Part shown: one piece after another, positions 24,540-32,000 of the stretch
How positions within the stretch are numbered: the stretch's first letter is position 1
Layout: every line of letters starts with the position of its first letter
Source of the DNA: Candidatus Saccharimonadota bacterium
Lineage (GTDB): Bacteria > Patescibacteriota > Saccharimonadia > Saccharimonadales > UBA4665
Reading direction: 5' to 3'
NCBI GenBank assembly: GCA_003516025.1
Contig: CP023991.1
Span: forward strand, 540,001 to 572,000
Length of the DNA: 32,000 bases
Translations under genes and position numbers: made by a program
The notes under the pieces: generated by a model
What the model was told of the DNA's origin: nothing
The model's input: only the letters and a program-made list of their open reading frames with translations
Database searches by the model: none

Positions 24540-25589
24540 ATGACTACACAGACCCACCAGAGCACACCCGTTATTCTTACCGGCCTTCGCGCCAACAACG
24601 ACTTGCATATCGGCAATTACCTAGGGGCGCTTATGCCACTGGTCGAGATGGCCACAGTTAAATCAAGCGAGTATCAAATTAATATCTTCGTGCCAGACCT
24701 GCACAGCTTTACGACACCGATTGACCACTCGAAGCTGCAAGCGCAGGTCACAAACAATCTTCGCCTGTATGTGGCCGCTGGCCTGCCGCTCAATAACAGT
24801 AACCTGCACATATACCGCCAAAGTTATATTCCGGCCCACAGCGAATTAACATGGATCCTCGACTGCTTTACCGGTTTTGGTGAAATGAATCGGATGACAC
24901 AGTTTAAAGACAAGTCGTCCAAACTTGGTGATGACCGGATAAGCGTCGGTCTCTTCAATTATCCGGTGCTAATGGCAGCTGACATTCTGCTATACGGTGC
25001 GACCTATGTACCGGTTGGGGATGATCAGACACAGCACCTGGAGTTCGCCCGCGATATCGCAGCACGCATGAACAATCAGTTTGGCGAGCTGTTTATTGTT
25101 CCGAAGCCCGTTAAAGAACAGCACGCCTTTTTTGGTAAGGAACAAGGTTTGCGCATCCGCGACCTGGTAGAACCGGCTAAGAAGATGAGTAAATCCGACG
25201 AAACCGGCAAGGGCGTTATTTTTATGAACGACAGCCCTGAGGCCGCTCGGAAGAAAATCATGTCAGCTACGACCGATAGTCTGGGTGTAGTCGCCTTTGA
25301 TTTGCAGAACCAGCCCGGCGTCTCTAACCTATTGAGCCTGCTGGCCCTTTTCGCGAACCGTCCGCTCGACGAAGTTATTGCCGAGTATCAGGGCCAGACA
25401 CAGTATGGACCGCTTAAGACGGCTGTGGCTGACGCGGTGGTCGCTTTTCTGACTACTTTCCAGGAAGCGTTGGCTAACGTGGACAACGCGCAAATTCTGG
25501 CTAAATTGGCGGATAGCGAAGCCGCCATGCGAGATCAGGCAGACGTTACACTACTGCGTGTTCAGCGCGCGGTCGGGCTACGGGGCTAA
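24540..25589 (+). CDS. trpS: Tryptophan--tRNA ligase
   Basis: 349 aa from ATG 24540, with a HIGH-type motif (LHIGNYLGA), KMSKS (KKMSKSD) and the TrpRS-typical GDDQTQHLE. The track start 24384 overlaps the 64-aa ORF and adds a non-homologous N-terminus. Confidence 0.92.
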   Translation: MTTQTHQSTPVILTGLRANNDLHIGNYLGALMPLVEMATVKSSEYQINIFVPDLHSFTTPIDHSKLQAQVTNNLRLYVAAGLPLNNSNLHIYRQSYIPAHSELTWILDCFTGFGEMNRMTQFKDKSSKLGDDRISVGLFNYPVLMAADILLYGATYVPVGDDQTQHLEFARDIAARMNNQFGELFIVPKPVKEQHAFFGKEQGLRIRDLVEPAKKMSKSDETGKGVIFMNDSPEAARKKIMSATTDSLGVVAFDLQNQPGVSNLLSLLALFANRPLDEVIAEYQGQTQYGPLKTAVADAVVAFLTTFQEALANVDNAQILAKLADSEAAMRDQADVTLLRVQRAVGLRG

Positions 25590-25594
25590 CACGT

Positions 25595-26458
25595 ATGGCT
25601 AATCTTGAAATGAGCCGCGCCCAGCGCTTAGACCAGCGTGTCATTGAACAAATGCCTACTTTAACGCGAAGTTACGCATCCAAATTAATCGAGACGGGCA
25701 AAGTTACCGTAAACGGTGAAGTCGTGACAAAATCGGGCTATAAAATGCGCGCTGGCGACGAAGTAGCCGTAGATCATGACGACGAGCTGTTCAGGCAGAT
25801 TCCGGTCATAGAGTTACCGGTAGTATACGAAGACGAAGACTGTGTGGTCATCATCAAACCAGTGGGCCTGCTGACACATAGCAAAGGAGCCTTTAATCCC
25901 GAGGCTACGGTGGCCACGTGGCTACGGGGCCGTTTAAGAAGCATGGAAGGCGAGCGGGCCGGCATCGTACATCGTCTAGACCGGGCGACCAGCGGTGTTA
26001 TGATTTGTGCCAAAACCCCTGATGCTCACTCGTGGCTGCAAAAACAGTTCGCACAGCGCCGTACCAAAAAAAACTATGCCGCTATTATCAGCGGCCACCT
26101 GAACCAGCCCGAAGCTGTCATCGACATGCCCATAGAGCGTAACCCTAAAAAACCGCAAACATTTCGAGTTGGTGCCAACGGCAAATCGGCCGTGACACAG
26201 TACCATACGCTTCAGATGATTGACGGCTACAGCCTGCTGGAACTGAAGCCAACCACCGGCCGTACGCATCAGCTCCGGGTGCATATGGCAAATCTGGGAC
26301 ATCCGATAGTCGGCGACGTATTGTATGACGGTCCACAGGCTGACCGCTTGTTTCTGCATGCCCATCATCTGGAGCTGACACTACCTAACCGCGAACGTAC
26401 AGTCTTTACTGCTCCATTGCCGCCTGAGTTCGCAGAATTCATGCAGCACCATGGCTAG
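25595..26458 (+). CDS. RluA/RluD-family 23S rRNA pseudouridine synthase with an N-terminal S4 domain
   Basis: 287 aa with catalytic HRLDRATSGV and GRTHQLRVH motifs. Confidence 0.88.
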   Translation: MANLEMSRAQRLDQRVIEQMPTLTRSYASKLIETGKVTVNGEVVTKSGYKMRAGDEVAVDHDDELFRQIPVIELPVVYEDEDCVVIIKPVGLLTHSKGAFNPEATVATWLRGRLRSMEGERAGIVHRLDRATSGVMICAKTPDAHSWLQKQFAQRRTKKNYAAIISGHLNQPEAVIDMPIERNPKKPQTFRVGANGKSAVTQYHTLQMIDGYSLLELKPTTGRTHQLRVHMANLGHPIVGDVLYDGPQADRLFLHAHHLELTLPNRERTVFTAPLPPEFAEFMQHHG

Positions 26459-27323
26459 TGATATCCTTTTGCACGATGCGACCGCCGCCGCGATCGAAAA
26501 CGTATTGTCTCAACCGCCGCACGCCCTGCTTATAACCGGACAAACTGGAACCGGCAAAATGACCGTGGCGCGCCACATAGCCCGCCAGCTTTTACATTTA
26601 CCCGCCGCCGAACTCGACAGTTATCCTTACCTGCGCCTCATATCACCTATAGACGGCAAGGCGATCGCCATTGAAACAGTGCGCGAGCTGCAGCCGTTCT
26701 TAACACTCAAGGTCCCCGGCCGGCAGGCAGTCAGCCGTTTGGTCGTGATCGAACAGGCGCATTTTATGACAACCGAAGCCCAAAACTCGCTGCTTAAAAC
26801 ACTCGAGGAGCCACCGCTTAACACGGTCATCATTCTAACCGCTTCGAGTCCGGATGCTATGCTCGTGACCATCCAATCACGAGTCCGGCAGCTTCCAGTC
26901 ACAACTCCGGCAATAAGCCAGACCCGGGAATATTTTACGACACAAGGGTTTTCAGGAGGCGCTATTGATAAGACCATGCTTATGAGTGGTGGACTACCTG
27001 GTTTGACACATGCGTTACTGACTGAGCCGGAAAATCATCCGCTATACGCCGCTACCGTCCAGGCCAGGGAAATACTGCGAGCCAGCAACTTCGAACGCCT
27101 GGCATTAGTAGACGGCTTAAGCAAGCAGAAACAACTGTGTAGCGATACACTGTTTATCCTGATGCAGATGGCCCGCATGTCACTGATGCGCCAAACCGGC
27201 GAACAAACCAAGGCGGCCGAACGCTGGCAATCAGTACTCACAACCGCGTATGGAGCCGATCAGGCCTTACGGGCTAATACCCAGGCCAAGCTCGTACTGA
27301 CTGACCTTATGCTTAACGTATAA
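26451..27323 (+). CDS. holB: DNA polymerase III subunit delta' (clamp-loader AAA+ subunit)
   Basis: 290 aa with ITGQTGTGK, NSLLKTLEEPP and TIQSRV motifs. 8-nt overlap with the upstream gene. Confidence 0.75.
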   Translation: MASDILLHDATAAAIENVLSQPPHALLITGQTGTGKMTVARHIARQLLHLPAAELDSYPYLRLISPIDGKAIAIETVRELQPFLTLKVPGRQAVSRLVVIEQAHFMTTEAQNSLLKTLEEPPLNTVIILTASSPDAMLVTIQSRVRQLPVTTPAISQTREYFTTQGFSGGAIDKTMLMSGGLPGLTHALLTEPENHPLYAATVQAREILRASNFERLALVDGLSKQKQLCSDTLFILMQMARMSLMRQTGEQTKAAERWQSVLTTAYGADQALRANTQAKLVLTDLMLNV

Positions 27324-27328
27324 TCTTC

Positions 27329-27337
27329 TGATATAAT
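27329..27337 (+). promoter_or_regulatory. Putative extended -10 TGaTATAAT upstream of the TPR gene
   Basis: The ATG at 27347 is 10 nt after the hexamer. No SD. Confidence 0.35.
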
Positions 27338-27346
27338 AAGCCTACA

Positions 27347-28000
27347 ATGTTTGAACTTCTCCTCGTAGCCGGTTTTGGTGCTTTGGCGTTCCATAACGCC
27401 GCTATCCGTGAAGATGAATTTGGTATGGTATCACGTAAAGTGGGTGACCGGTTAGGTAAATTGTGGGACATCGCCCATCAGGGCATGCGCGAGAACCGTT
27501 TTTTGCGAGCTGAAAAAGCGTTGCTCACCATACTAAAAATCGATGAAAAGAACGCGGCCGCTTATAACCGCCTTGGCATCCTATATGCCAAGCAGAAGGA
27601 ATACCGTGATGCCATCGACTGTTTTGAGATCGCTTCCAGCATCGAAGCGACTGCGTCGAGCTTACATAACCTGGGGCTCATATACTATGAAACCGAAAAC
27701 TACGAAAAGGCAGCTATCGCTTTCGAACAGGCCCTTAAGCTGGAAGATAAGCTGGCAGCCCGCCATGTCGCCTACGCTAAAGTCCAGGAAAAGCTTGGTA
27801 ACACCCGTATGATGATTCAAGAGCTGCAGAAGGCCTCGGAGCTTGAGCCGAATCAGGAAACATACTCTTTACTGCACAAAGCTTATACGGCTAACGGTAT
27901 GGCTACTGAAGCCGATGAAATCGCCGATAAACTCAAGAAATTAATCGTTCCAGCTGGCCGCCCGCGCCGGATTGTCCGACCCCGTCGCGTAGTTGTGTAA
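27347..28000 (+). CDS. Membrane-anchored tetratricopeptide (TPR) repeat protein with an Arg-rich C-terminal tail
   Basis: 217 aa. An N-terminal hydrophobic helix (FELLLVAGFGALAF), TPR-like repeats (AAAYNRLGILYAKQKEYRDAIDCFE, LHNLGLIYYETENYEKAAIAFEQAL) and the tail GRPRRIVRPRRVVV. Confidence 0.75.
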   Translation: MFELLLVAGFGALAFHNAAIREDEFGMVSRKVGDRLGKLWDIAHQGMRENRFLRAEKALLTILKIDEKNAAAYNRLGILYAKQKEYRDAIDCFEIASSIEATASSLHNLGLIYYETENYEKAAIAFEQALKLEDKLAARHVAYAKVQEKLGNTRMMIQELQKASELEPNQETYSLLHKAYTANGMATEADEIADKLKKLIVPAGRPRRIVRPRRVVV

Positions 28001-28021
28001 ACCGGTTGTTTTTGGTACACT
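27993..28021 (+). promoter_or_regulatory. Putative tRNA-cluster promoter: -35 TTGTGT, 17-nt spacer, extended -10 TGgTACACT
   Basis: Read from the sequence. It lies about 30 nt upstream of the first tRNA. Confidence 0.3.
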
Positions 28022-28050
28022 AGCATCTGTTGTCGACAGACCACAATCCT

Positions 28051-28127
28051 GCCGCCTTAGCTCAGCTGGTTAGAGCATCAGTTTTGTAAACTGAGGGTCG
28101 TCGGTTCGAATCCGACAGGCGGCTCCA
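28051..28127 (+). tRNA. tRNA-Thr (anticodon TGT), CCA encoded
   Basis: Hand-folded cloverleaf: acceptor GCCGCCT/AGGCGGC, anticodon stem TCAGT/ACTGA with loop TTTGTAA, T arm GTCGG-TTCGAAT-CCGAC. Confidence 0.92.
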
Positions 28128-28138
28128 AGATAACATAT

Positions 28139-28223
28139 GCAGGGTTAGTGAAGCGGTCAAACACGGGTGACTGTAAATCATCTGGCTCAGCCTTCGGGGG
28201 TTCGAATCCCTCACCCTGCACCA
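28139..28223 (+). tRNA. tRNA-Tyr (anticodon GTA), class II long variable arm, CCA encoded
   Basis: Acceptor GCAGGGT/ACCCTGC, anticodon loop CTGTAAA, variable arm TGGCTCAGCCTTC, T loop TTCGAAT. Confidence 0.9.
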
Positions 28224-28298
<75 letters not shown>

Positions 28299-28310
28299 AA
28301 CCGAAACAGT

Positions 28311-28336
28311 AAAAGCCCACGTACGGGCTTTTTTGT
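28311..28336. terminator. Bidirectional terminator between the tRNA cluster (+) and the pilin-like gene (-)
   Basis: AAAAGCCC-ACGTAC-GGGCTTTTTT. The short GC stem is extended by A-U pairs, with T runs on both strands. Confidence 0.6.
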
Positions 28337-28388
28337 TATAACAGAATATTCGCAGTCTATGATAAACCGCGGAAGGCACTAAAAGATG

Positions 28389-28856
28389 TTAGTTGCCGAG
28401 CGGAAAGACTTTATAAGCCAGTTGGACCTGGTTTTGTCCGCCGTCCATACCATCCCACTTATTGGTCAGGTTAAAGACATTGTTGGTCGAATCATACGAT
28501 ATCGTGACATCATAAAGATCAGTATCGCCCATATCTTTGCATGTGGAGTCAAAGGTAGCATTGTTGGAGTTTACACGCTGATTGGTAGTCGTGTTCATGC
28601 AAAAATACTGCGGAGAGGTGCTAAAAATAGGATCGGACGTATTCTTAGCCTTTACCGCGACTGAACGCACTTGTTCAAGTTGTCCCTGCAATAACTGCAG
28701 CGCTTCACCGCGCTCCTGGCTATCACGCACCGCCAGGGTACTTTTTTGAGTCACCGTGAAAGCGCCGGCCAACACCGAGCTGACAATAGCGATGGCTATG
28801 AGCACTTCGACAATGGTATCACCCTGATCGTTCAGTTTTATTGCTAGTCGCTTCAT
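28389..28856 (-). CDS. Type IV pilin / pseudopilin-like protein with a prepilin-type N-terminal cleavage-methylation signal
   Basis: 155 aa starting MKRLAIKLNDQG|DTIVEVLIAIAIVSSVLAGAF: a short basic leader ending in Gly, Glu at +5, then a hydrophobic helix. Confidence 0.8.
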   Translation of the reverse strand: MKRLAIKLNDQGDTIVEVLIAIAIVSSVLAGAFTVTQKSTLAVRDSQERGEALQLLQGQLEQVRSVAVKAKNTSDPIFSTSPQYFCMNTTTNQRVNSNNATFDSTCKDMGDTDLYDVTISYDSTNNVFNLTNKWDGMDGGQNQVQLAYKVFPLGN

Positions 28857-28884
28857 TGCGCCGTATACACCCTTACTTTCCCAT

Positions 28885-28893
28885 ATATTACCA
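28885..28893 (-). promoter_or_regulatory. Putative extended -10 (TGgTAATAT on the minus strand) for the pilin-like gene
   Basis: Read from the reverse complement, about 30 nt upstream of the ATG. Confidence 0.3.
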
Positions 28894-28936
28894 CAAGCGT
28901 AATGAAGAACAAAGCCAGTGTTGATTCTTCGCAGAC

Positions 28937-28965
28937 TTGCGCTGCGGGCTTATCTCTGTTAAACT
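28937..28965 (+). promoter_or_regulatory. Putative rpmG promoter: -35 TTGCGC, 17-nt spacer, extended -10 TGtTAAACT
   Basis: Read from the sequence. It is divergent from the pilin promoter. Confidence 0.3.
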
Positions 28966-29017
28966 AGCTTAAAGTCTATTACAAATAAGAAATTTTGAGG
29001 ATTAAAGGACTAATACC

Positions 29018-29218
29018 GTGGCTAAAAAAGGTGACAAACGAAAAATTGTAGGTCTTGTGAGCGAAGAATCTGGCGAACGTATTTATTACACGTCTAAAAA
29101 CACGCAAAATACCACAGAAAAACTGGCACTGCGCAAGTACAGCCCAAAACTCCGCAAGCACGTTGTCTTTACCGAGACTAAGAAGAACCTCGGACGCAAC
29201 GAAGCGCCAAAGCGCTAA
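29018..29218 (+). CDS. rpmG: 50S ribosomal protein L33, cysteine-free (C-minus) form, GTG start
   Basis: 66 aa with [47 protein letters not shown], which parallels the E. coli-type L33 lacking the CxxC pairs. AAAGGA lies 8 nt upstream. Confidence 0.9.
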   Translation: MAKKGDKRKIVGLVSEESGERIYYTSKNTQNTTEKLALRKYSPKLRKHVVFTETKKNLGRNEAPKR

Positions 29219-29238
29219 TTCGGCGATATACATACATT

Positions 29239-29268
29239 AAAAATCCCGGGCATATGCCCGGGATTTTT
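29239..29268. terminator. Strong bidirectional terminator (perfect palindrome AAAAATCCCGGGCATATGCCCGGGATTTTT)
   Basis: 8-bp GC-rich stem flanked by A5 and T5. It follows rpmG. Confidence 0.85.
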
Positions 29269-29299
29269 AATGGTTTTTAATATATGGAACGTTGATAAA

Positions 29300-29323
29300 C
29301 TGCCACCGCTCACGCGGTGGCAG
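29300..29323 (-). terminator. Hairpin terminator downstream of the GH15 gene
   Basis: 10-bp stem CTGCCACCGC/GCGGTGGCAG with a 4-nt loop. On the minus strand it is followed by TTTAT, a weak U tract. Confidence 0.55.
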
Positions 29324-29331
29324 TAATCCAG

Positions 29332-31278
29332 CTACTTATCGTAGTAATCCAGTAATGTATTAATGAGTTCAGCGTGGCTCCATACAAGCGGTGCTACGCC
29401 CAGCGGACTGCCGTCTTCCGGGTCGAATTGCTCGCTTAAGACGCCACTCGGCTGTTGGCGGGCCAGCGCCCAATCAATCAGCTCGCGGGCCTCATCGTTA
29501 CGGTGGGCGCTAATGTAATACTGGGCGAGCCACAAGGTACCGACAATCCAAGGGTTGCCGCCGAATTCAGGCTTGCTGAGGAAGTAGTCGTCACCGAAGT
29601 AACGTATAACGCCGCCGATCGGGCCCTTTTTATATATGTCCTGTTCAACCTTTTCAACGGTTTTCTTCATGCGCTCATCGTTGAGGGGCAGCTTGGCATA
29701 CATGAACGGGCCGTACATATTGGCAATGTCCATGCTGTTATCAAGCTGGAGCTCGTCGTTTTCAAGTAAGAAACTCTTGCGGAAATAACCATCAGGGTGC
29801 ACCAGCGTACCGAGATGGGCACGAATTGAATCTGCCGCGCGCTGCCAGGCAACGGCATCGCTGGGCTGTTCGACCACCTCTGCCAGTTTAATAGCAGCCT
29901 CCAGGCCGGCTATAACCGTACAAACTGTGTAAGTGAATGTCGCGAAGCGCTGTTCCCATAAATCGTAACTAGCATGTGGCAGGCCGGTTTCCTGATCAAT
30001 GAATGACGTCAGGAAGTTGGCACAGGGCACAATAAAGGTGTGGTACATGTTTTGGATGTAGACTTCGTCGCCGCTGGCTTCATACAGCTCATTGAGCATA
30101 AACAGCATACAGGCGGTCTCGTCTTCCTGAATCGCCAACTCTTTTGAGCGGTTATGCACTAATGGATGCCAGGTGCTGCCGACAGCGCGGTCAGGCTGGT
30201 ATTTATGCAGCATGTAGCCATCCGGATGCATAACATCACGGGCGAAGAAGAAGAACTGCCGGGCTTCATCAAAGTGGCCGGTACGGATAAGCGGCCATAA
30301 GGCGTAGGCCGCGTCGCGGGGCCAGCAATAGCAGTAGTAATCGCGGCCGAAGTTAAAGATACTCGAATCGCCACTGGCTAGGATTGAACCACGACTGTCG
30401 CAGTGTGCTTTAATAATCATCAGGCTGCGCTGGAGGGCCAGGCGTTCCGGCCCCGGCATGGCCGTGAGCTGTTTATTGTTTGGATTGAGCCATTCCTGCC
30501 ATGACAGACGCGTTTGGTGCAGCCTGTCATCAACGGCGCCCGGTTTTTGCAACTGGGCATGCATTTCGCCAGCATCATTTTGGCTGCTAGCCGCTACGAT
30601 CCAGTAGTAGGTCGCTTTGGAAGATCGGGCCGGTACCTGCATGACAAAGCGAATAACACTGTCAACGCCGCCGTGCTCGACCGGGTTATCAGACAGTTCA
30701 CCGTCTTCGGCGTCCATAAAGGTTCCAGCCTTGCCTTCGATGCCGTAATTGCCTATGGCATACTGGTCGAAAGATGTTCCGTCTTCCTGCTGGCCGCCAA
30801 TAGCCAAACAGTAGCGCCCCTTGTAATCCAAGATGTAATTAGCATCCGGGACATACAGGGCAGTGTCGCTGCGACCGGTCCGTGATATCTGGAACACCTG
30901 ATGCATAAACAGGCGGATTTCACGGTCCTGGTCACGATCGTTAGTTACAGTAATTTTTCGCAGAAAAATATTCTGCATATTATCAATGGTATCCTGCAAA
31001 TGGAGGCTGATACCTAAACCGTCATGCTTCATTTTCACGGTACTGATCAGCGCGTCCTGTTCGAATAGTACGGACGTCTCCCAGCTGTCATCATCGGTCC
31101 AGCTGAATGTCCCATCAACATACAGGCCGATTTTATGATGCAGGCTGCGTGAGGTCGTTAAGTTCTCTAAACCCACATATGGATAGTAAAAGTCGTGTAC
31201 TAATCCGTTTTCGTTGAGGCCAATAAACATCTGTCCATTACTGAGTACAACTGGTCGCCCCATCCTAAACCTTGACAC
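29332..31278 (-). CDS. Glycoside hydrolase family 15 protein (glucoamylase/glucodextranase-like)
   Basis: 648 aa with CWPRDAAY and LSEQFDPEDGSPLGVAPLVWSHAELI, motifs typical of the GH15 (alpha/alpha)6 catalytic domain. Confidence 0.85.
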   Translation of the reverse strand: MSRFRMGRPVVLSNGQMFIGLNENGLVHDFYYPYVGLENLTTSRSLHHKIGLYVDGTFSWTDDDSWETSVLFEQDALISTVKMKHDGLGISLHLQDTIDNMQNIFLRKITVTNDRDQDREIRLFMHQVFQISRTGRSDTALYVPDANYILDYKGRYCLAIGGQQEDGTSFDQYAIGNYGIEGKAGTFMDAEDGELSDNPVEHGGVDSVIRFVMQVPARSSKATYYWIVAASSQNDAGEMHAQLQKPGAVDDRLHQTRLSWQEWLNPNNKQLTAMPGPERLALQRSLMIIKAHCDSRGSILASGDSSIFNFGRDYYCYCWPRDAAYALWPLIRTGHFDEARQFFFFARDVMHPDGYMLHKYQPDRAVGSTWHPLVHNRSKELAIQEDETACMLFMLNELYEASGDEVYIQNMYHTFIVPCANFLTSFIDQETGLPHASYDLWEQRFATFTYTVCTVIAGLEAAIKLAEVVEQPSDAVAWQRAADSIRAHLGTLVHPDGYFRKSFLLENDELQLDNSMDIANMYGPFMYAKLPLNDERMKKTVEKVEQDIYKKGPIGGVIRYFGDDYFLSKPEFGGNPWIVGTLWLAQYYISAHRNDEARELIDWALARQQPSGVLSEQFDPEDGSPLGVAPLVWSHAELINTLLDYYDK

Positions 31279-32000
31279 CTTTCTCGCTTAATCGGAATTT
31301 TAAATCGTGATATGAATTCATAAAGTTAATAAATGCCTCGTACGGTGTTTCGTATGGACTGAAGTAGGCGTGAATATCTCCGTCGCTGAAGTATTTGGTA
31401 CACATATAGTAAAAATGGTCGGAAGTTTGCAGCCGGCGCCAGTCTTCGATCAGCTCCAGGTCGTGCGTGGCGATGATTTGCTCCTGCAGGTCATACAAAG
31501 CATGGATGGCCTCCTGTTGCATGGCATTTCCCAGCCAAGCTGACAGATCGCGCTCCGTATCGGCCCACGTTACGGTATGCGGCATATCGACGGTATCTTT
31601 CGGCTCCAAAGCGTCAATTACTTCGCTGACCGTCATAAAAGTGTTTCCATCGGTTTTCAGCCATTCCTGTGGCAGATGCTCCAGGAAGCCAAAAATACCC
31701 GATTCATCCCATTGGTGTTCACCAAACGTTTCGTAGTCCATGAACAGGTTGAAGTTAGTGGCTTCCGGCTCGGAATTGAGCCAGTGCGAGAACTTGTCAG
31801 CCGTTAATGGCCATTCTTCCCAGGCCTGGTTGCCGAAGCGGAAGGCGATGTCGTCGCTCAACTTATAATTTTTCATCAGCAGGCGGATGTTGTTCGTGTA
31901 AGTCGGGCGGTATACGAAGTTCGGGCTGCGCCAGCCGAGTACCGGATCCCAGCCTTCGGCTAAAATACCCTTATAGCCGGCTTTATCGGCCCAGAATGCT
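31265..32000 (-). CDS. Glycoside hydrolase family 57 protein (alpha-amylase/alpha-glucanotransferase-like), C-terminal part; N-terminus lies outside the window
   Basis: The frame stays open from the first in-window Met (31876) to the window edge (hand-translated AFWADKAGYKGILAEGWDPVLGWRSPNFVYRPTYTNNIRLLMKNYK...). It carries a DYETFGEHQW catalytic-region-like motif and overlaps the GH15 start by 14 nt. Confidence 0.7.
   Translation of the reverse strand, partial: AFWADKAGYKGILAEGWDPVLGWRSPNFVYRPTYTNNIRLLMKNYKLSDDIAFRFGNQAWEEWPLTADKFSHWLNSEPEATNFNLFMDYETFGEHQWDESGIFGFLEHLPQEWLKTDGNTFMTVSEVIDALEPKDTVDMPHTVTWADTERDLSAWLGNAMQQEAIHALYDLQEQIIATHDLELIEDWRRLQTSDHFYYMCTKYFSDGDIHAYFSPYETPYEAFINFMNSYHDLKFRLSEKGVKV

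Overview
This window is almost entirely the conserved bacterial transcription/translation supercluster on the + strand. It runs from the 3' ~2.5 kb of rpoC through the str operon (rpsL-rpsG-fusA-tuf) and the S10-spc-alpha ribosomal protein operons (rpsJ through rplQ, including secY, infA, an rpmJ too short for the ORF track, and rpoA) to rplM-rpsI. These are followed by trpS, an RluA-family pseudouridine synthase, holB, a TPR protein, a tRNA Thr-Tyr-Thr cluster, a type IV pilin-like gene (-), rpmG (+) and a convergent, overlapping GH57-GH15 glucan hydrolase pair (-, GH57 runs off the window). Gene content suggests a reduced-genome lineage such as CPR/Patescibacteria, possibly Saccharibacteria, but this is inference only: there is no rpmD between rpsE and rplO, no adk or map between secY and infA, and S14, L36 and L33 are all cysteine-free. 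The main items worth a second look: (1) a compact promoter / 27-codon aromatic-rich (FVYWFYF) leader ORF / alternative-pairing / intrinsic-terminator unit upstream of a small ORF and trpS, which looks like a ribosome-mediated attenuator; (2) no TGA among 48 stop codons or about 9,800 in-frame codons, while TAG supplies 14 stops and all 11 overlapping gene junctions are TAATG rather than ATGA; (3) accessory genes wedged into normally invariant junctions: an 82-aa ORF between rpsG and fusA, a J-domain protein plus a 114-aa ORF between tuf and rpsJ, and a YtxH-like gene splitting rpsJ from rplC; (4) a family of long inverted repeats built around TTGACA/TGTCAA at operon boundaries, with compensatory arm changes; (5) a sharp split between strong Shine-Dalgarno r-protein genes and SD-less genes whose ATG sits 7-11 nt after an (extended) -10 box. 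No CRISPR array, rRNA gene or recognisable mobile element was seen.
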